This document shows positions 61,569-64,000 of a DNA stretch of 64,000 bases, piece by piece. This DNA is from Leucoraja erinacea. Its lineage: Eukaryota. Positions within the stretch are counted from its first letter, which is position 1. Every line of letters starts with the position of its first letter. The stretch covers positions 11,346,001 through 11,410,000 of the forward strand of contig NC_073409.1 of assembly GCF_028641065.1 (NCBI RefSeq). The letters are read 5' to 3'. Position numbers and translations under genes: made by a program. The notes beneath the pieces were generated by a model. The model did no database searches and was not told the origin of the DNA. It saw nothing but the letters and a program-made list of their open reading frames with translations.

Positions 61569-61588
61569 CTGCTGTTGTTATCCTCCAT
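61569..61588 (-). CDS. USP50: candidate USP50 first coding exon (MEDNNS(R))
   Basis: ATG GAG GAT AAC AAC AGC AG|GTAAGT: consensus donor in the phase 2 required by the next exon; CRE-like TGACATCA about 110 bp upstream. Confidence 0.5.
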
Positions 61589-63784
61589 GAATTTGGATCA
61601 TTGTTACAAAGCTTAAACTGTAAGAACTCTGTGACCTGGATCCTTTCCCATTAATCTTCAGCAAAGCACAGCTCCCATGATATCATTGCCTGAAGTGACA
61701 TCACAAAGTGCCCACAACAGACAGTGCAATTGATATAGTGTACCTTCGCACCAGTCAAATACTCAGTTGAGATGGTTGTAAACAAGCTCAGTGAAAAGTG
61801 ACCAGGATCTTGCTGAGAGTCCCCATCCAAACCCGACACTCTAATAGACTGTGTAGAGCTATTACAGCATGGACTCAGGCCCTTTGGCCCAACTCGTCCA
61901 AAAGTAGGGAGATCAAAGAGCAGGGAAGGTGGGTGGAGCTTGCTGAAGGTGATGCTTAGCCAATCATTATAATACAATTTATAAGTAGCCAATTACATAA
62001 CATGGGTGAAGCCACTTAATAAATTCCTGGAACTGTCATCTGGATTCTAGAACACTGTTTGGTGTCTTGTCATTTCATTAAATCTGATATTCACTCGGAA
62101 CATCACTGCCTAGCCAAGAGGTCCTCTAGCAGCTGCAGGGTTTGAAACACTTCTTCCTCAGATATTACATTAGTAAACCTTAAACCAGCTGAATCCAACA
62201 CAGTTCCTCTGTAAAGCTTCCTATTGAAGGGTTTATGTTGCGGCCCACAGCTCCCAGTGGCTCTTGTGGCCAACGCCTTCCTGTTATCTAATCTTCCAGT
62301 CACATTCACAGCCGAGGTTTGGATTGAGGTGGGTAATTTTGAGCCGTAACTCCATCCATGGCTCAGTTATTGGCACGATAATAAGATCATATGTCATCGA
62401 ACCAGAATTAGGCCAATTTTCCCATAAAGTCTGCAAGGCCATTCGATCTTATCTGTACTTGGGACTTTGGACTTTTTTTTTTACATGAACAAATGTTTTT
62501 TAATGTAATTGTTTTTTGTTAATTATGTTATATAAGAGGTTACCATGGTTACAGACCTTTATGTTGCTGCATTTATATGCTGCTGTAAGTAATAATTTAA
62601 TTGTTCCGATCTTGATACACATGGCAATTAAATACTCTTTACTCATGACATAATATAGAGAACAAGACTGGAAAGTTTAACAAATTCAGTTTTAATGAAA
62701 GTGACAATATGACAGCAGGTTATCTGTGTACAACAGACTGACCAATGACAATGTTTGCAGCAGATCCCAAACAGGGGAAGCACCGTTTCTGATTTCTGTT
62801 CATGTCTTCACCACCAGCTTTAGGGGAAAACAATCATTGACAGAATGGAGCTTCATCAATCTGAACCGTAAACTGATGTCAGGTTCCTCAGTCTCTGCTA
62901 TAATACAGTGCAAGTTTTCTTCTTGATCGTAATGTTCTCCCCACTTATAACGTTCTGCATCAATCCATCCCTCGCTGCCTTCACTGCCGCAATGATCTGA
63001 GGGAATTGGAGACAATATTTTGTACACAAGAGCCAACAAAGTCCAAAAGCTTCGAAAAACACAAACATTGTTATTGTCAGAGTTTCTCTCTCACACGTTG
63101 GAGGCTGGCGGACATGTTCAAAGATAAATTAATTCAATGTGTATCAACATGGACTGTGGACACGGGGCAATCCTAGAAAAGGCTGCTCGCTCCGTGTGTG
63201 CACCCTCCCTCTGAAAATGACCATTGTTACAAGTTGGAGAAGGACCAGGCACTCCTTCCTCAACGTGTCTCAACTGCATTTCGTTCTCTCTGTACTGTAC
63301 ACTGACAATGACAATTAAAGTTGAATCTGAATCTGAATCTGAATCGGTCTCCTGATTCAGTAGTATTGGGAATAGTTCTTTATCTATTTTCCAATCCTAT
63401 CCCTTCATACCCTCAATATTTAAACATGAATCATTTGGCACCATCAGTAGTCACCAGGGTAGAGAATTCAGAAGATTCACTGCTCTCTCAGTGAAGACAT
63501 TTCTTCTCTTCCCGCCCTAAAACCATGGTCTCTTATCCGGAGACTCTGCATCGCCCCAGATTTCAACCTGACAAACAGCCACGACCCTGACCGTGAAATC
63601 CCTTCACACAGTTCTTTCTTAATGAGATCATCTGTCATTCTTCAGTGCTGCAGATCTTTGTTAAACTCCCCTTGTGATGCAGCCCCTCATCCCCAGAATC
63701 AATCCAATGAGTATACACTGCACCGACAAGGCAATATTTTCCTCCGTCCCTCTAGTGGTGCAAGCCCTGAACTAGCTCAACAAA

Positions 63785-64000
63785 TCCGTCTTATTTTCTT
63801 ATTTCTGCATCCCACACCCTTACTGTAGCCAGGGGTTTGCCTGGATTAGAGGACTTCAGTTATGGTGAGAGATTGTATAGGGTGGGCTTGGTTTCCCTGG
63901 AGTGAAGGGCACTGAGGGGGTGATCTGATGGGCACTGTTTGGAGAGATTGTTCAAATCTTGTTCCCATGGTAGAGGATATTAAAAATGCCAAAGGTTTAG
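63785..64000 (+). mobile_element. CR1-type LINE fragment (runs off the window)
   Basis: cctggattagaggacttcagttatggtgagagattg...gcttggtttccctggag...ctgagggggtgatctgat. Confidence 0.55.

Larger units (their letters stand above)
49315..61588 (-). other. USP50: USP50 gene (USP8-paralogous deubiquitinase), about 351-390 aa depending on the 5' exons
   Basis: Minus-strand exons 53960-53739, 53237-53042, 51844-51680, 50793-50651, 50308-50176, 49491-49315 join in frame into a lone USP catalytic domain. The position convergent with USP8 matches the mammalian USP8/USP50 arrangement. The 5' exons are inferred. Confidence 0.85.

Noticed and set aside
62000-64000. Expected TRPM7 3' exons (from mammalian synteny)
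   Set aside because: No alpha-kinase C-terminal peptide found by eye in any frame.

Overview
Vertebrate genomic DNA. The repeat content (HE1/V-SINE-like SINEs, HER1/CR1 LINEs, Rex1, Penelope) points to a cartilaginous fish, probably a skate or ray; this is an inference. The window holds the conserved GABPB1-USP8-USP50 block. GABPB1 is on the minus strand: four coding exons and a probable non-coding exon 1 in a CpG island, with the 3' part running off the left edge. USP8 is complete on the plus strand: 18 coding exons, 20038..44687, about 1086 aa, head-to-head with GABPB1 about 4 kb away. USP50 is on the minus strand, convergent with USP8, with 6 secure exons plus candidate 5' exons. Introns and intergenic DNA are dense with transposable elements and G/C-rich minisatellites. 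Highlights: (i) a family of short Penelope-derived fold-back elements carrying a minimal hammerhead-ribozyme core with helix-II covariation; (ii) a USP50 that keeps the full Cys/His/Asn-Asp catalytic set, with candidate germ-cell-type RFX and CRE-like motifs; (iii) an ISL2EU/PHIS-like element with two convergent THAP remnants that brings a perfect GABP/ETS site into GABPB1 intron 1. All coordinates and family calls were read by eye from the sequence; no database search was run.
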